Positions 32,782-41,788 of a stretch of DNA of 42,943 nt are shown here, piece by piece (positions within the stretch are counted from its first letter, which is position 1; each line of letters opens with the position of its first letter). The position numbers and the translations under genes were made by a program. The DNA is from a virus (taxonomy: Duplodnaviria > Caudoviricetes). The notes below the pieces were generated by a model. That model made no database searches. It was not told the DNA's origin and was given only the letters and a program-made list of their open reading frames with translations. Where the stretch lies: positions 1 through 42,943 of IMG/VR virus record IMGVR_UViG_3300037524_001199. One strand, given 5' to 3'.

Positions 32782-33011
32782 GCGTAGTAGGAATAACCGA
32801 CAGCCGGGCGAAGTTTGCCGCGTTCGTGCCCGAGCTGCAGGAGGCCATGAAAGCAGCGGCCCGGCGTTATGACTGGGACGGCGAGACCTGGGCGATGCAG
32901 ACGATCCTGCTGGCCCAAACCATCGAAGCCAGCAGCTATGACCCGAAGGTCATCCAGGCGCTGGCGTCTGCTTACCGGGACGCTCCGGCGCTGCTCAAGG
33001 AAGCGGCATGA
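32778..33011 (+). CDS. Hypothetical protein
   Basis: GGAGG RBS; ATGA coupling. Confidence 0.65.
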   Translation: MSVVGITDSRAKFAAFVPELQEAMKAAARRYDWDGETWAMQTILLAQTIEASSYDPKVIQALASAYRDAPALLKEAA

Positions 33012-33223
33012 ACCCGCAACCCATCGACACCGCGCCGAGAGACGGCACGGAAATTTTAGTTTATTTCCAGGGGATTGGATGGAAATCAGTAACCTGGGAA
33101 GTGGGTGATTACGGCTATGGATCGTGGTGCGTCGATGATGGAAAAAACGGCCCTTTCGCCCTGCGGATGTACAGTACTGGCGGTGATACTCACTGGTTAC
33201 CGTTGCCGGAAGAGCCGGAATGA
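33008..33223 (+). CDS. DUF551-like small phage protein
   Basis: QPIDTAPRDGTEIL…THWLPLPEEP. Confidence 0.75.
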   Translation: MNPQPIDTAPRDGTEILVYFQGIGWKSVTWEVGDYGYGSWCVDDGKNGPFALRMYSTGGDTHWLPLPEEPE

Positions 33224-33279
33224 GGCTCCACAAAAAACCCGCCGTCTTGATTTGATCATTAGTCATTAAAGGGAAAGCC

Positions 33280-34143
33280 ATGAGAACAACAGCAGAGCTA
33301 AACATATTTACCAAACAAAACAAGTATGAACCCTTGCCGGATCGTAGCTTGGCGCTAGTAAAGGTAAAGAACGGCGCGCTAGTGACCGATAGTTTAATCG
33401 TGGCCGAAGTGTTTGAAAAAAATCATTTTGATGTTTTAAAAAGCATTGAAAAACTTGAATGTTCTCAAGAGTTTAGAGACAGAAATTTTACTTGCTCTAA
33501 CTATATGACTTTACAAGGAAAAAGTCAGCCATGCTTTGAAATGACGCGCGACGGGTTTACTTTTTTGGCTATGGGATTTACCGGAGGAAAGGCGGCGGCA
33601 TGGAAAGAAAAGTACATTATCGCTTTCAATGCGATGGAAGAAACGCAGATTAAAGGAAGTACAGTCCTTGAAAGGAATCTTGTTGTTTTAACGGAACTTC
33701 ATAAGGGAATGCAGGAATCTGTTAATAATGGGTTTGGAATCATGAATACAAGGATTGTTGCTGTAGAAACAAAAGTAGACAGCATCAATCACAAAGTCAG
33801 CAGTATAGAAATGCAGATACAGAATCAAAACAAAAGAAAAAATATTAAAGATTCTGTTAAATCATTGATAGCCAAACATATATCTATGCTTGGAGGTAAA
33901 TGCCCTTGTTGTGGATTCAACCAAGTGACTGACATTAAAGGAATGCCTATCAAAGGGTGTGAGTATGATCACTTTTATCAAAATAGCCTCCCTGGGGTTG
34001 AATATGTTTGGTTGATTTGTGGAAATTGCCATAAAGAATTGACGCATGGCAAAGTGGCTAGAGGGGATAGACAGATAGAATTTAATGCTTTTCAAAACAA
34101 AAGAAAAAGGCTTCCTGATTCTCAAACAAGCCTCTTAATTTAA
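33280..34143 (+). CDS. Rha-family regulator fused to a C-terminal HNH-like zinc domain
   Basis: TDSLIVAEVFEKNHFDVLKSI…MTRDGFTFLAMGFTG..AA.WKEKYI.AFN; CPCC…YDHF…ICGNCH; AT-rich. Confidence 0.85.
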   Translation: MRTTAELNIFTKQNKYEPLPDRSLALVKVKNGALVTDSLIVAEVFEKNHFDVLKSIEKLECSQEFRDRNFTCSNYMTLQGKSQPCFEMTRDGFTFLAMGFTGGKAAAWKEKYIIAFNAMEETQIKGSTVLERNLVVLTELHKGMQESVNNGFGIMNTRIVAVETKVDSINHKVSSIEMQIQNQNKRKNIKDSVKSLIAKHISMLGGKCPCCGFNQVTDIKGMPIKGCEYDHFYQNSLPGVEYVWLICGNCHKELTHGKVARGDRQIEFNAFQNKRKRLPDSQTSLLI

Positions 34144-34155
34144 GGAGCAAGCCGC

Positions 34156-34302
34156 ATGAGTGCGCTGATCATTCCGTTGGCGTTGCTGGCCGGGTTCCTG
34201 CTGGGCTACCCGGATGCCGTGGTTGCCGTGGGTACGATCTGGGCCTGCGTGGCCCGGTTCGCCTGGGAGACGGTGCGGGACTGCCTGGAGGCCCTGCGGT
34301 GA
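34156..34302 (+). CDS. Small membrane protein (48 aa; not in ORF track)
   Basis: TAAGGAG RBS; MSALIIPLALLAGFLLGYP…; GTGA coupling. Confidence 0.6.
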   Translation: MSALIIPLALLAGFLLGYPDAVVAVGTIWACVARFAWETVRDCLEALR

Positions 34303-34685
34303 CGTTCAGACTGACCGCCCGGCGGGCGCTGGAACACGAGGAGCAGACGGCGCTGTTTGCCTGGGCCAGGATCGAAGCCCGCCGCGATGCCCGCCTGGAA
34401 CTATTGCACGCCATTCCCAACGGCATGGCCGTCAGCAGTATCGCCGAAGCCAGCCGCGCCAAGCGCACCGGCCGCAAAGCGGGCGTGCCGGACCTGTGCC
34501 TGCCCATACCCTCGGGCCGATACCACGGCCTCTACATCGAATTGAAACGCACCGGTGGAACGCCCTGCGATGTGCGCCCGGAGCAATCGCACTGGCTGGA
34601 ACAGTTGAACGGCCAAGGCTACCGAGCCGTCGTGGCCTATGGATGGGAAGAGGCGGTGGAGACGATCAGGGAGTATCTGCAATGA
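34299..34685 (+). CDS. VRR-NUC domain nuclease (resolvase-like)
   Basis: EHEEQ…HAIPNG…AGVPDL…LYIELK…Q..W. Confidence 0.88.
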   Translation: MTFRLTARRALEHEEQTALFAWARIEARRDARLELLHAIPNGMAVSSIAEASRAKRTGRKAGVPDLCLPIPSGRYHGLYIELKRTGGTPCDVRPEQSHWLEQLNGQGYRAVVAYGWEEAVETIREYLQ

Positions 34686-34882
34686 CCGCTCCCGTTCCCT
34701 GGGGCTACCGGATTGACCGGCCCGTGACCATCGGCCATCGCTGGAAAACGATCCAGGTCGGGAAGGTCACGAAGGTGCAGCCCGCATGCGGCTGTATGCA
34801 TCCCATCCATCCGCTGTACGTGTCGTGGGCCGATGAACCGATTAAGAACCCCTGCTCGGTGTGCGCGGACTGGCCAGCATGA
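34682..34882 (+). CDS. Small Cys-containing hypothetical protein
   Basis: GGAG RBS; ATGA coupling; PACG…CSVC. Confidence 0.55.
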   Translation: MTAPVPWGYRIDRPVTIGHRWKTIQVGKVTKVQPACGCMHPIHPLYVSWADEPIKNPCSVCADWPA

Positions 34883-35088
34883 ACGCCTGCTGGGACTGCC
34901 CGCACCATCGCCGAGAGTTGATACTAACCAAGAACGGACGCCCGCTGTGCTTTATATCCTGGTGCTGCAATGCCTACCAGGCCACGACGCCTCCGGGCGT
35001 GCATCGCCGTTATCCCGATCCTCCCCCCTTAATTGACGGAGAATTGCTGAATGACCGACATCCGAAAAACCTTATTGAATCTGATTAG
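34879..35088 (+). CDS. Small Cys-rich hypothetical protein
   Basis: ATGA coupling; MNACWDC…. Confidence 0.4.
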   Translation: MNACWDCPHHRRELILTKNGRPLCFISWCCNAYQATTPPGVHRRYPDPPPLIDGELLNDRHPKNLIESD

Positions 35089-35296
35089 CGAATACGGCGA
35101 CGCGCTGACCCGCATGGACGGTGAGCGCGACCTGCTCAAAGCCATTGAGGACCGCGCCGAGAATGAATGCGGAATGCCGGCCAAAGCGTTCCGAACGGCG
35201 GCGACGGCCTACCACAAAGATCAGGTGACGAAGAAACGCGAAGAACTCACCGAACAGATCGACGCCTTTGAGCTGATTCAGGGGGAACCCGCATGA
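35051..35296 (+). CDS. T4 DsbA-like/GapR-like dsDNA-binding protein
   Basis: ISE…LLKAIEDRAENECGMPAKAFRTAATAYHKD resembles the T4 double-stranded DNA-binding protein pattern (recognised by eye). Confidence 0.65.
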   Translation: MTDIRKTLLNLISEYGDALTRMDGERDLLKAIEDRAENECGMPAKAFRTAATAYHKDQVTKKREELTEQIDAFELIQGEPA

Positions 35297-35412
35297 TGCG
35301 CCTCCTGGAGTTCCTGGAAATGCTGGCGCTGATCATCGGCGTTGCCTTCACCCTGCTGGTGATCCTGCCTTTCGGACTCGCCTGGATCGTGGCCCGGTTG
35401 GTGGGGCTATGA
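35293..35412 (+). CDS. Small membrane protein (39 aa; not in ORF track)
   Basis: ATGA overlaps at both ends; hydrophobic throughout. Confidence 0.55.
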   Translation: MMRLLEFLEMLALIIGVAFTLLVILPFGLAWIVARLVGL

Positions 35413-35612
35413 AGCCGCTGAACTGGCGTGAACTGCAAGCGACCGCTCAGCGCCGGCTGACTTGCGCGCCGCTGGACTGCACCTGCGAAGCCGACTGCTT
35501 TCGGCTGGCGCAAGCGCTGTTGCAACTGATGCCCGACCCCTTGCCGGAAGACCCCCTGCCGGAAGACTCCGATGTCATTGCCGACTATGCGCCGGATTGG
35601 AGTGCTTCATGA
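35409..35612 (+). CDS. Hypothetical protein
   Basis: ATGA chain; C..DC.CE.DC. Confidence 0.5.
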   Translation: MKPLNWRELQATAQRRLTCAPLDCTCEADCFRLAQALLQLMPDPLPEDPLPEDSDVIADYAPDWSAS

Positions 35613-35800
35613 CGCAAAACGATTTTCGGAAACGATTGCATGATCTGACTGTGGAAGCGACGCGGGCTTTGCCGATGGTGCAGGTGTTTGAGATGCTGAC
35701 CTCGCACCAACACGCTTTTCAATTCGCCTATGAGACGTCCCTAGCGGATAAAATACGCCTGCACTGTGCGGAAAACCCTCAACAGGAATCTCCCCCATGA
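35609..35800 (+). CDS. Hypothetical protein
   Basis: GGAG RBS; ATGA chain; MTQNDFRKRLHDL…. Confidence 0.55.
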   Translation: MTQNDFRKRLHDLTVEATRALPMVQVFEMLTSHQHAFQFAYETSLADKIRLHCAENPQQESPP

Positions 35801-35970
35801 TCCCCGTCAATCCACGGGTAGCGTCCTGCATCCACTGCAAAGCCCTGGTGCGGATTCCCGACGATGCCAAGCCCGGCCATCGCCTCACCTGCACCCACTG
35901 CAACACGCCCTATTACGCCTGGCAATTACTGGCCCGGTCCTATCGCCCAGAGGTCAAACCTGATGAGTGA
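35797..35970 (+). CDS. Zinc-ribbon protein (57 aa; not in ORF track)
   Basis: CIHC…CTHC; ATGA coupling. Confidence 0.6.
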   Translation: MIPVNPRVASCIHCKALVRIPDDAKPGHRLTCTHCNTPYYAWQLLARSYRPEVKPDE

Positions 35971-36352
35971 AGAACGTCCTGTTTATGTCCGCTGTGCCTC
36001 GGGCAGCAACGCCCACACCGATTGTGTGGTCCGGCGCTTCGGCGATTTGACGGAGATTCTCGGCCATCCGTTGATGCAGTTCACTCCCGAGGATGCGCGA
36101 CGATTTGCGACCGCCATCCTGCACGCCGCGGGTAAAACCGGCTACGGCGGAACCGACAAAACCGTTGAGAGACTGCGCTCCGAGATCGCTATGGCGCTCC
36201 ATGCGCCGGTCATGGCTGATAGCCTGTCCCGCCCGATCCTGGCGGAATGCAGCGAGGCGCTGGCCTACCTGGAACGAGAAGCGGATTACTGGCGCCATGA
36301 ATGGCGAGAAGCGGCGGCGCTCACCTTGGCAGAAATCGACGATGGCAAGTGA
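35963..36352 (+). CDS. Hypothetical protein
   Basis: GAGG RBS; MSEERPVYV…. Confidence 0.55.
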   Translation: MSEERPVYVRCASGSNAHTDCVVRRFGDLTEILGHPLMQFTPEDARRFATAILHAAGKTGYGGTDKTVERLRSEIAMALHAPVMADSLSRPILAECSEALAYLEREADYWRHEWREAAALTLAEIDDGK

Positions 36353-36797
36353 GCTGACATTATCGCCGGAAGGCGTGGCGTTTATCGCCAAATTCGAGGG
36401 GTTCAGGGCTATGGCTTATACCTGTCCGGCGGGCAAGCCCACCATCGGTTATGGACATGTGATTCGTCCGGGTGAATACTTTGAAGCGGTGGGTCGCGAG
36501 CAAGCCATGGTGCTGTTGCAACGCGACGCTGAGCGGGAGTCGGAACCAGTGGCGCGTCATTTAACGGCTGAATTGCCGCAACATCAACAGGATGCACTGA
36601 TCAGTCTGGCATTTAATTGTGGAGGGCGTAGCATTGCCCGGAGCACGCTCGTTCAACGGCTGAATCAGGGATTGACGGATGAAGCGGCGATGGAGTTTTT
36701 GCGATGGAACAAGATTGCTCGTGTTGAATCGCGGGGACTGGCGTGGCGGCGAGCCGCAGAGCACAAGTTGTTTTTGACGGGAGACTACGGGTCATGA
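36342..36797 (+). CDS. Endolysin, GH24 phage lysozyme
   Basis: FEGFRAMAYTCPAGKPTIGYGH; DALISLAFNCG; GLAWRRAAE. Confidence 0.93.
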   Translation: MASELTLSPEGVAFIAKFEGFRAMAYTCPAGKPTIGYGHVIRPGEYFEAVGREQAMVLLQRDAERESEPVARHLTAELPQHQQDALISLAFNCGGRSIARSTLVQRLNQGLTDEAAMEFLRWNKIARVESRGLAWRRAAEHKLFLTGDYGS

Positions 36798-37006
36798 ACT
36801 GGATCATGAATCGCTTGCGCGAAGCCTCGACCTGGCGCGGTCTGGTCTGGCTACTAGTGGCCTCCGGCGTCGCGCTGCGGCCCGATCAAGTCGAGGCTCT
36901 GGTGGTGACCGGCATGGCGCTAGCCGGCCTGCTGGGGGTCTTCCTCAAAGATGAAATTCGCTCAACGGAGACGCGGACCCGTGACACTGACGAGGAACCC
37001 TCATGA
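36794..37006 (+). CDS. Holin-like two-TM protein
   Basis: RLREASTWRGL plus two hydrophobic segments and a charged tail; adjacent to the lysin. Confidence 0.7.
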   Translation: MNWIMNRLREASTWRGLVWLLVASGVALRPDQVEALVVTGMALAGLLGVFLKDEIRSTETRTRDTDEEPS

Positions 37007-37356
37007 CCCCCGGAAAACTGAATCTCACGATCTATCAAGGCGCCACCTTTAGCCGGCTCATCCGTCTTAAGGACGATGATGGGGACGCGATTGACTTGTC
37101 CGGGGCTACGGTGCGAATGCATATTAGAGCGACAGTGACGGCGACCGCGACGCTCTTAGAACTGACTGAAGCCAATGGCCGGGCGCTCGTGACCGATGCG
37201 GCGGCAGGCGAGATCACCCTGCTGATTAGCGCTACCGATACCGCGCTCCTGACGCTCACGACTGCTGTTTACGATCTGGAGATCGAGTATTTGACCGGGG
37301 TCGTGGATCGCGTGCTGTATGGCGGCGTAACTCTGTCGCTGGAGGTGACTCGATGA
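37003..37356 (+). CDS. BppU-like baseplate/fibre adaptor
   Basis: IYQGATF…IDLSGATVRMHIR…YDLEI…G. Confidence 0.7.
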   Translation: MTPGKLNLTIYQGATFSRLIRLKDDDGDAIDLSGATVRMHIRATVTATATLLELTEANGRALVTDAAAGEITLLISATDTALLTLTTAVYDLEIEYLTGVVDRVLYGGVTLSLEVTR

Positions 37357-37550
37357 CTACTGTCACGGTGACCGAGGAAACCATCGAACTCACGAATGAG
37401 ATCGTCGAAACGATTACGGTCACCGTGGCTGAGCAAGGGCCACCCGGACCGGCAGGATTATTTGCCCCGGATGGTATCGACATCATTGCGGGCGGGGCGC
37501 CCGATACTGATTTTTCCGCCGGATACATCATTGAAGGAGGCGCGCCATGA
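37353..37550 (+). CDS. Small fibre-associated protein
   Basis: GGAGG RBS; QGPPGPAG; GGAP repeats. Confidence 0.65.
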   Translation: MTTVTVTEETIELTNEIVETITVTVAEQGPPGPAGLFAPDGIDIIAGGAPDTDFSAGYIIEGGAP

Positions 37551-38461
37551 CCACGACTGTCACTGCACAAATTCAACTGCGAAAGGGAACGGCGGCGGCG
37601 TGGACCAGCGCCAATCCGACGCTGGCTTCTGGTGAGGTCGGGTATGAAACCGACACCGGCAAGCAGAAGATCGGGGATGGAACCACGGCCTGGACTTCGC
37701 TGGCTTACTACCACGACCCGGATAGTGCCGGAACCTATGCGCCGATTGCCAAGGGCGTGACGAATGGCGATTCCCACGACCATAGCGGGGGCGACGGAGC
37801 GCAGATTGCGTACAGCGGATTGTCCGGGTTGCCCACTTTGGGGACTGCCGCAGCTACAGCAGCTACGGACTATGCAACGGCTTCCCATGCTCACGGCAAC
37901 ATCACGAACGCCGGAGCCATTGGCTCTACCGCCAATCTTCCCATCATCACCACCACCAGCGGCGTATTGACGGCGGCCGCTTTTGGGACGGGGGCCACTG
38001 ACTTTTGCGTGGGAAACGACTCCCGATTGAGCGATGCTCGAACGCCCACGGCGCATAGCCACGAAGGAACCGCGATCCTCTCGACCGGCGAGACGGGCGG
38101 GGCAAAGTTTCTGCGAGAAGACGGCGATGGCACGAGTTCCTGGCAGTCCGTCCCAGCTTCGCATGATGCCGTAACGATTGCCGACAGCACGTCGATTGAC
38201 CTGACGCTCACCGGCCAGCAAATCAGCGCGGCGGCGATCTTCGGGACGACCACAGGCACGGTCTGTCAGGGCGACGACGCCCGTCTCAGCGACGCTCGGA
38301 CCCCATCCGCGCACTCCCACGAAGGAACCGCGATTTTATCCACGGGCGAAGCCGGCGGAACCAAATACCTGCGAGAAGACGGCGACGGCACCTGCTCTTG
38401 GCAAGCGGTTCCGCCCAGTGTCGATCTCGCCCAACTCCACGCCGCTGCTCTTTCATTCTGA
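37547..38461 (+). CDS. Tail fibre with Mtd/hyaluronidase-type N-terminal domain and an internal duplication
   Basis: IQLRKGTAAAWTSANPTLASGEVGYETDTGKQKIGDG; two copies of RLSDARTP.AHSHEGTAILSTGE.GG.K.LREDGDGT.SWQ. Confidence 0.8.
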   Translation: MTTTVTAQIQLRKGTAAAWTSANPTLASGEVGYETDTGKQKIGDGTTAWTSLAYYHDPDSAGTYAPIAKGVTNGDSHDHSGGDGAQIAYSGLSGLPTLGTAAATAATDYATASHAHGNITNAGAIGSTANLPIITTTSGVLTAAAFGTGATDFCVGNDSRLSDARTPTAHSHEGTAILSTGETGGAKFLREDGDGTSSWQSVPASHDAVTIADSTSIDLTLTGQQISAAAIFGTTTGTVCQGDDARLSDARTPSAHSHEGTAILSTGEAGGTKYLREDGDGTCSWQAVPPSVDLAQLHAAALSF

Positions 38462-38470
38462 GGATTCATC

Positions 38471-38884
38471 ATGGCTAAGACTTTTACCGCACCTTTCGCC
38501 CAGACTCCCAAAAACGCCTCAGCGATTGTCACGACCGCCTCGGCGGATTTGGCAACCGATCCCACGAATACCGTGCTGCTGCTGACCGCAGGCGCTGACG
38601 GGGCGTTGCTCACTCGCTTGCGGGCCATTCCGCGAGCCACGGTCACGGCTTCGAATTTGCTGCTGTGGGTCAGCCTGGATAACGGCACGACAAAACACCT
38701 GCTGGATTCCGTGCTGATGGCGGCGCATACCGTTGCCACCACGACCGCCATCCCAACAACGAGCTTTACCAGCTACACCGAAGACACCCCGCTGCGGCTG
38801 GAAGCCGGGGCCAAGTTGTACGTCGGCAGCGCCGTGACCCTTGCGGGCGGCATCGTCTTCAACGGCAACTACACGGACTTCTGA
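38471..38884 (+). CDS. Fibre-associated beta protein
   Basis: GAGGA RBS; Thr/Ala-rich; within the fibre cluster. Confidence 0.7.
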   Translation: MAKTFTAPFAQTPKNASAIVTTASADLATDPTNTVLLLTAGADGALLTRLRAIPRATVTASNLLLWVSLDNGTTKHLLDSVLMAAHTVATTTAIPTTSFTSYTEDTPLRLEAGAKLYVGSAVTLAGGIVFNGNYTDF

Positions 38885-38886
38885 GC

Positions 38887-39819
38887 ATGAACCCCTACGC
38901 CGGGCGCAATGCGCCCCTCGCCAAGCAGGTTCGGCGCCCGCGAGCGCCGGTCATCGCCAAGGGGTTTCCTCTCGTCGGTAACGGCTTGGGCGGATTCCCT
39001 CGGCGTCCGGTTTGTGAGGGTAGCGGCGATCAGATTGTCGATTATGTCGAAAACAACGTACTCTACCGGGCGCATATTTTCACCTCCAGCGGGACGTTTG
39101 TTGTCAATCGCTCGGTGGAGGTGGAGTATCTCGTTGTGGCGGGGGGCGGTGGTGGGGGTTATGGGTCAACTGCTAACGCTGCCGGGGGCGGCGGCGCGGG
39201 GGGTCTGTTGACGAATGTTGGCGGTGAAAAGCTGTCGGTTACTGCTGGCAATTACGCCATTGTGGTAGGCGCAGGCGGCTCGGCAGGCTTAATGACGAAT
39301 AATTCTGGGGCTAATGGAAGCCCATCGGGCGGCTTTGGCCTGTCGGCAGTGGGGGGCGGTGGCGGTGGCACAGGAGCAACAAGTTTGTCTGGTGGTTCTG
39401 GTGGTGGCGGGCGCGGTACGGCCTCCACGGCCTCTTCTGGTGGCGCGGGCACGGCGGGACAAGGCTATGCAGGCGGCGCAGGATTTGTCGCTACCGTCTA
39501 TGGCGCAGGGGGTGGTGGCGGTGCTGGCGAGGCGGGGGATAATGCCGCCGACAGCAAAGGCGGCGACGGCGGCGATGGAGTGGCATCCTCTATTACGGGT
39601 AATGCGTCCTATTACGCGGGCGGCGGTGGTGGTATGACCGTATCTGGTGGCAGTGCTGGTTTGGGTGGTCTGGGTGGAGGGGGGCAGGGGGGCGTTAGTG
39701 TTTCCAACCAATCCGCTGGTGCCGCTAATACAGGGGGAGGGGGTGGAGGAAATAGAAGCCTTACCCCTATTGTGGCTAACGGCGGCTCCGGCATCGTTGT
39801 TGTGAGGTACGCTCGATGA
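38887..39819 (+). CDS. Glycine-rich domain tail protein
   Basis: HIFTSSGTF…EYLVVAGGGGGG…NGGSGIVVVRY. Confidence 0.85.
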   Translation: MNPYAGRNAPLAKQVRRPRAPVIAKGFPLVGNGLGGFPRRPVCEGSGDQIVDYVENNVLYRAHIFTSSGTFVVNRSVEVEYLVVAGGGGGGYGSTANAAGGGGAGGLLTNVGGEKLSVTAGNYAIVVGAGGSAGLMTNNSGANGSPSGGFGLSAVGGGGGGTGATSLSGGSGGGGRGTASTASSGGAGTAGQGYAGGAGFVATVYGAGGGGGAGEAGDNAADSKGGDGGDGVASSITGNASYYAGGGGGMTVSGGSAGLGGLGGGGQGGVSVSNQSAGAANTGGGGGGNRSLTPIVANGGSGIVVVRYAR

Positions 39820-40586
39820 GCAAGTATTTCGCCGAAATCGACAGCAACGCCCTGGTCGCCCGCGTGATCGTCGCGCACTCCCTCGAATGGTGTCAGCAGG
39901 CCCTTGGCGGCACGTGGATCGAAACGGCTGATCCGTATTCCAGCGAGTCTCAGACCGTCACCTACTGCGGCCCCGGCTTTGGCGCAGACCCTTCTTTCCC
40001 CGAACGCTTTGCGCCGCCATGGGTGATGCCCGCGCCTGACCTCGAAACCGGCATCTGGTCAAGTTATTCCAAAGGCGCGCTGGTGTACCACGAGGGGAAG
40101 CTCTGGCGCTCGACCTGTGATGGCAATGTGTGGCAGCCGGGCGTTTCCGCATGGCATCCTGAGTCGGACATTGAAGGCGTGTTGCCCGCGTGGATTCAGC
40201 CCACCGGCGCGCATGATTCCTACCCGCTCGGGTTCGAGGTGACGCACGAGGGGCAGAACTGGTACGTCACTGCGACCGACGCGAACGGGCATAACGTCTG
40301 GGAACCCGGCGTCTTTGGTTGGACGATCATCGGTCAAGAGCCGGAGCCGGGTGAAGATTGGGTGGATACGGGAGTCACGATTGCGCAACTCATCGGCGCG
40401 GGCGTCTATCGTTGCTCTGGCATTCCGACGATCACCCTGGATCAAGCCATTCGCCTGGGCGATGCCTCGGCGGGTGAAACCGTCTTTACCGGGTATTGGC
40501 CGACGACGGCCACCCCGAGCGACTACATCAAGATCAGCCCGCACGTCTCCGCAGCAGTCGGTTCCAAGGTTTGGAAATGGGCCTGA
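39816..40586 (+). CDS. Fibre-associated protein with CBM5/12-like carbohydrate-binding modules
   Basis: YSKGALVYHEGKLW…NVWQPG and WIQPTGAHDSY.LG.EVTHEGQNW…NVWEPGVFGW. Confidence 0.7.
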   Translation: MSKYFAEIDSNALVARVIVAHSLEWCQQALGGTWIETADPYSSESQTVTYCGPGFGADPSFPERFAPPWVMPAPDLETGIWSSYSKGALVYHEGKLWRSTCDGNVWQPGVSAWHPESDIEGVLPAWIQPTGAHDSYPLGFEVTHEGQNWYVTATDANGHNVWEPGVFGWTIIGQEPEPGEDWVDTGVTIAQLIGAGVYRCSGIPTITLDQAIRLGDASAGETVFTGYWPTTATPSDYIKISPHVSAAVGSKVWKWA

Positions 40587-40590
40587 TAGC

Positions 40591-40989
40591 ATGGATCGGG
40601 ACACGGTGATTAACCCGTTCGATGAGGATGACTCCGATGAAGACCTCATGGTGAATCTTCACAAGGACCGGCGTTCCGGGCTGGATCGTCGCACTGGGCC
40701 GAGTTCCAATTCCCTGGCCCGTCTGGATATTGAACGGGAATACCGAGCGGAGATTCGTCAGTTACGGGATGAGGAAACTTGCAAAGACGCACAGATTGCC
40801 GAGTTGAAAGCGGAATTGGCGATGATTCGTGAATGGCAGCGGGACAAGGAAGAGACGCTGGCAGCGGCGAAGATCATCGTTCACGCGGGGACTGCCCTTA
40901 AGTTTACCATCATGATTTTGATAGGTGTGACTGCTGCGATTGGCGGGATTGCGGCGAGCATGGAGGCGTTTAAAGCGTGGTTTCGCTAA
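40591..40989 (+). CDS. Coiled-coil protein with C-terminal TM helix
   Basis: DRRSGLDRR motif; coiled coil; FTIMILIGVTAAIGGIAA. Confidence 0.65.
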   Translation: MDRDTVINPFDEDDSDEDLMVNLHKDRRSGLDRRTGPSSNSLARLDIEREYRAEIRQLRDEETCKDAQIAELKAELAMIREWQRDKEETLAAAKIIVHAGTALKFTIMILIGVTAAIGGIAASMEAFKAWFR

Positions 40990-41474
40990 AGCACTGGTGG
41001 AAAAACACTTGCCGGTTTTGCCGCTGGATTGATCGTTGTGTGTCCGTAGGCTTGCGGTTGTTGATCCTGGGGCTGTCAATCTACGGCGGCTATCTGGTGC
41101 TGTATTGGGTAGAGGATACTTCGCCGGTGGTCATCTTTGACACGGGTGAAGTCACGCCCGCCGCCGGACGACCTAATGAAGTAATGATTTTCTATCAGCC
41201 GATTCGCAAGGAACGAAACTGTTGGGGGGTAGTGCGGAGAGTTTTGGTGGGTGATTGCGGGCTGTTTGTCATCAGCGAATCACCGACTTGGATTTCCGCG
41301 CCGTGGGCCGGGCGCTTGACGTATGCCGTACAGATTCCCTACGAAGCCATTCCCGGTCCGTGTGGTTTTCAGGTCATCGGGCGCTTTGTCTGCAACCCAC
41401 TGGACATGATAGGTAAACAACGATTAGTGGCGAGTACGCCCATTCAATTTCAAGTATTGAGGTATGACCAATGA
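40977..41474 (+). CDS. Membrane-anchored hypothetical protein
   Basis: GGAGG RBS; TM segment LLILGLSIYGGYLVLYW; Cys-containing beta domain. Confidence 0.65.
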   Translation: MVSLKHWWKNTCRFCRWIDRCVSVGLRLLILGLSIYGGYLVLYWVEDTSPVVIFDTGEVTPAAGRPNEVMIFYQPIRKERNCWGVVRRVLVGDCGLFVISESPTWISAPWAGRLTYAVQIPYEAIPGPCGFQVIGRFVCNPLDMIGKQRLVASTPIQFQVLRYDQ

Positions 41475-41788
41475 ACGAACAATCTATTGAGTTAGAAATT
41501 CAAGATAAGGGCTTAAATGCCCCACGTCTTTCCCCTGAGAAAATCGACGCAGTTATTGTAGGTGAGGATTATTACGTCTTTCCTGAAACTACTTTGACGG
41601 TCTGCTGTTTGACGCTGCGTAATGGGTTTTCTGTTATTGGGGAAAGCGCGGCAGTCAGCTCAGAAAATTTTGATGCTGAGATCGGAAGGAAAATCGCTCG
41701 CCAACATGCGCGGGATAAGATTTGGGCTTTAGAGGGTTATTTGTTGCAGGATAAGTTATGGCTGTTGTCATTAAAGCCCCTGTCGTAA
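41471..41788 (+). CDS. N4 Gp49/Sf6 gp66-family protein (candidate Acb4-type nucleotide sponge)
   Basis: APRLSPEKID…TLTVCCLTLRNGFSVIGESAAVSSENFDAEIGRKIA…IWALEGYLL. Confidence 0.85.
   Translation: MNEQSIELEIQDKGLNAPRLSPEKIDAVIVGEDYYVFPETTLTVCCLTLRNGFSVIGESAAVSSENFDAEIGRKIARQHARDKIWALEGYLLQDKLWLLSLKPLS

Noticed and set aside
36342-36797. Inactive or SAR-type lysin, because Cys replaces the usual Asp
   Set aside because: E-x8-C-x5-T is a known functional GH24 variant, and there is no N-terminal hydrophobic SAR segment
37547-38461. Possible diversity-generating retroelement (Mtd-like N-terminus plus a ~150-bp internal repeat pair)
   Set aside because: No reverse transcriptase in the window; both copies are in-frame coding and differ mostly at synonymous positions, not adenine-specifically
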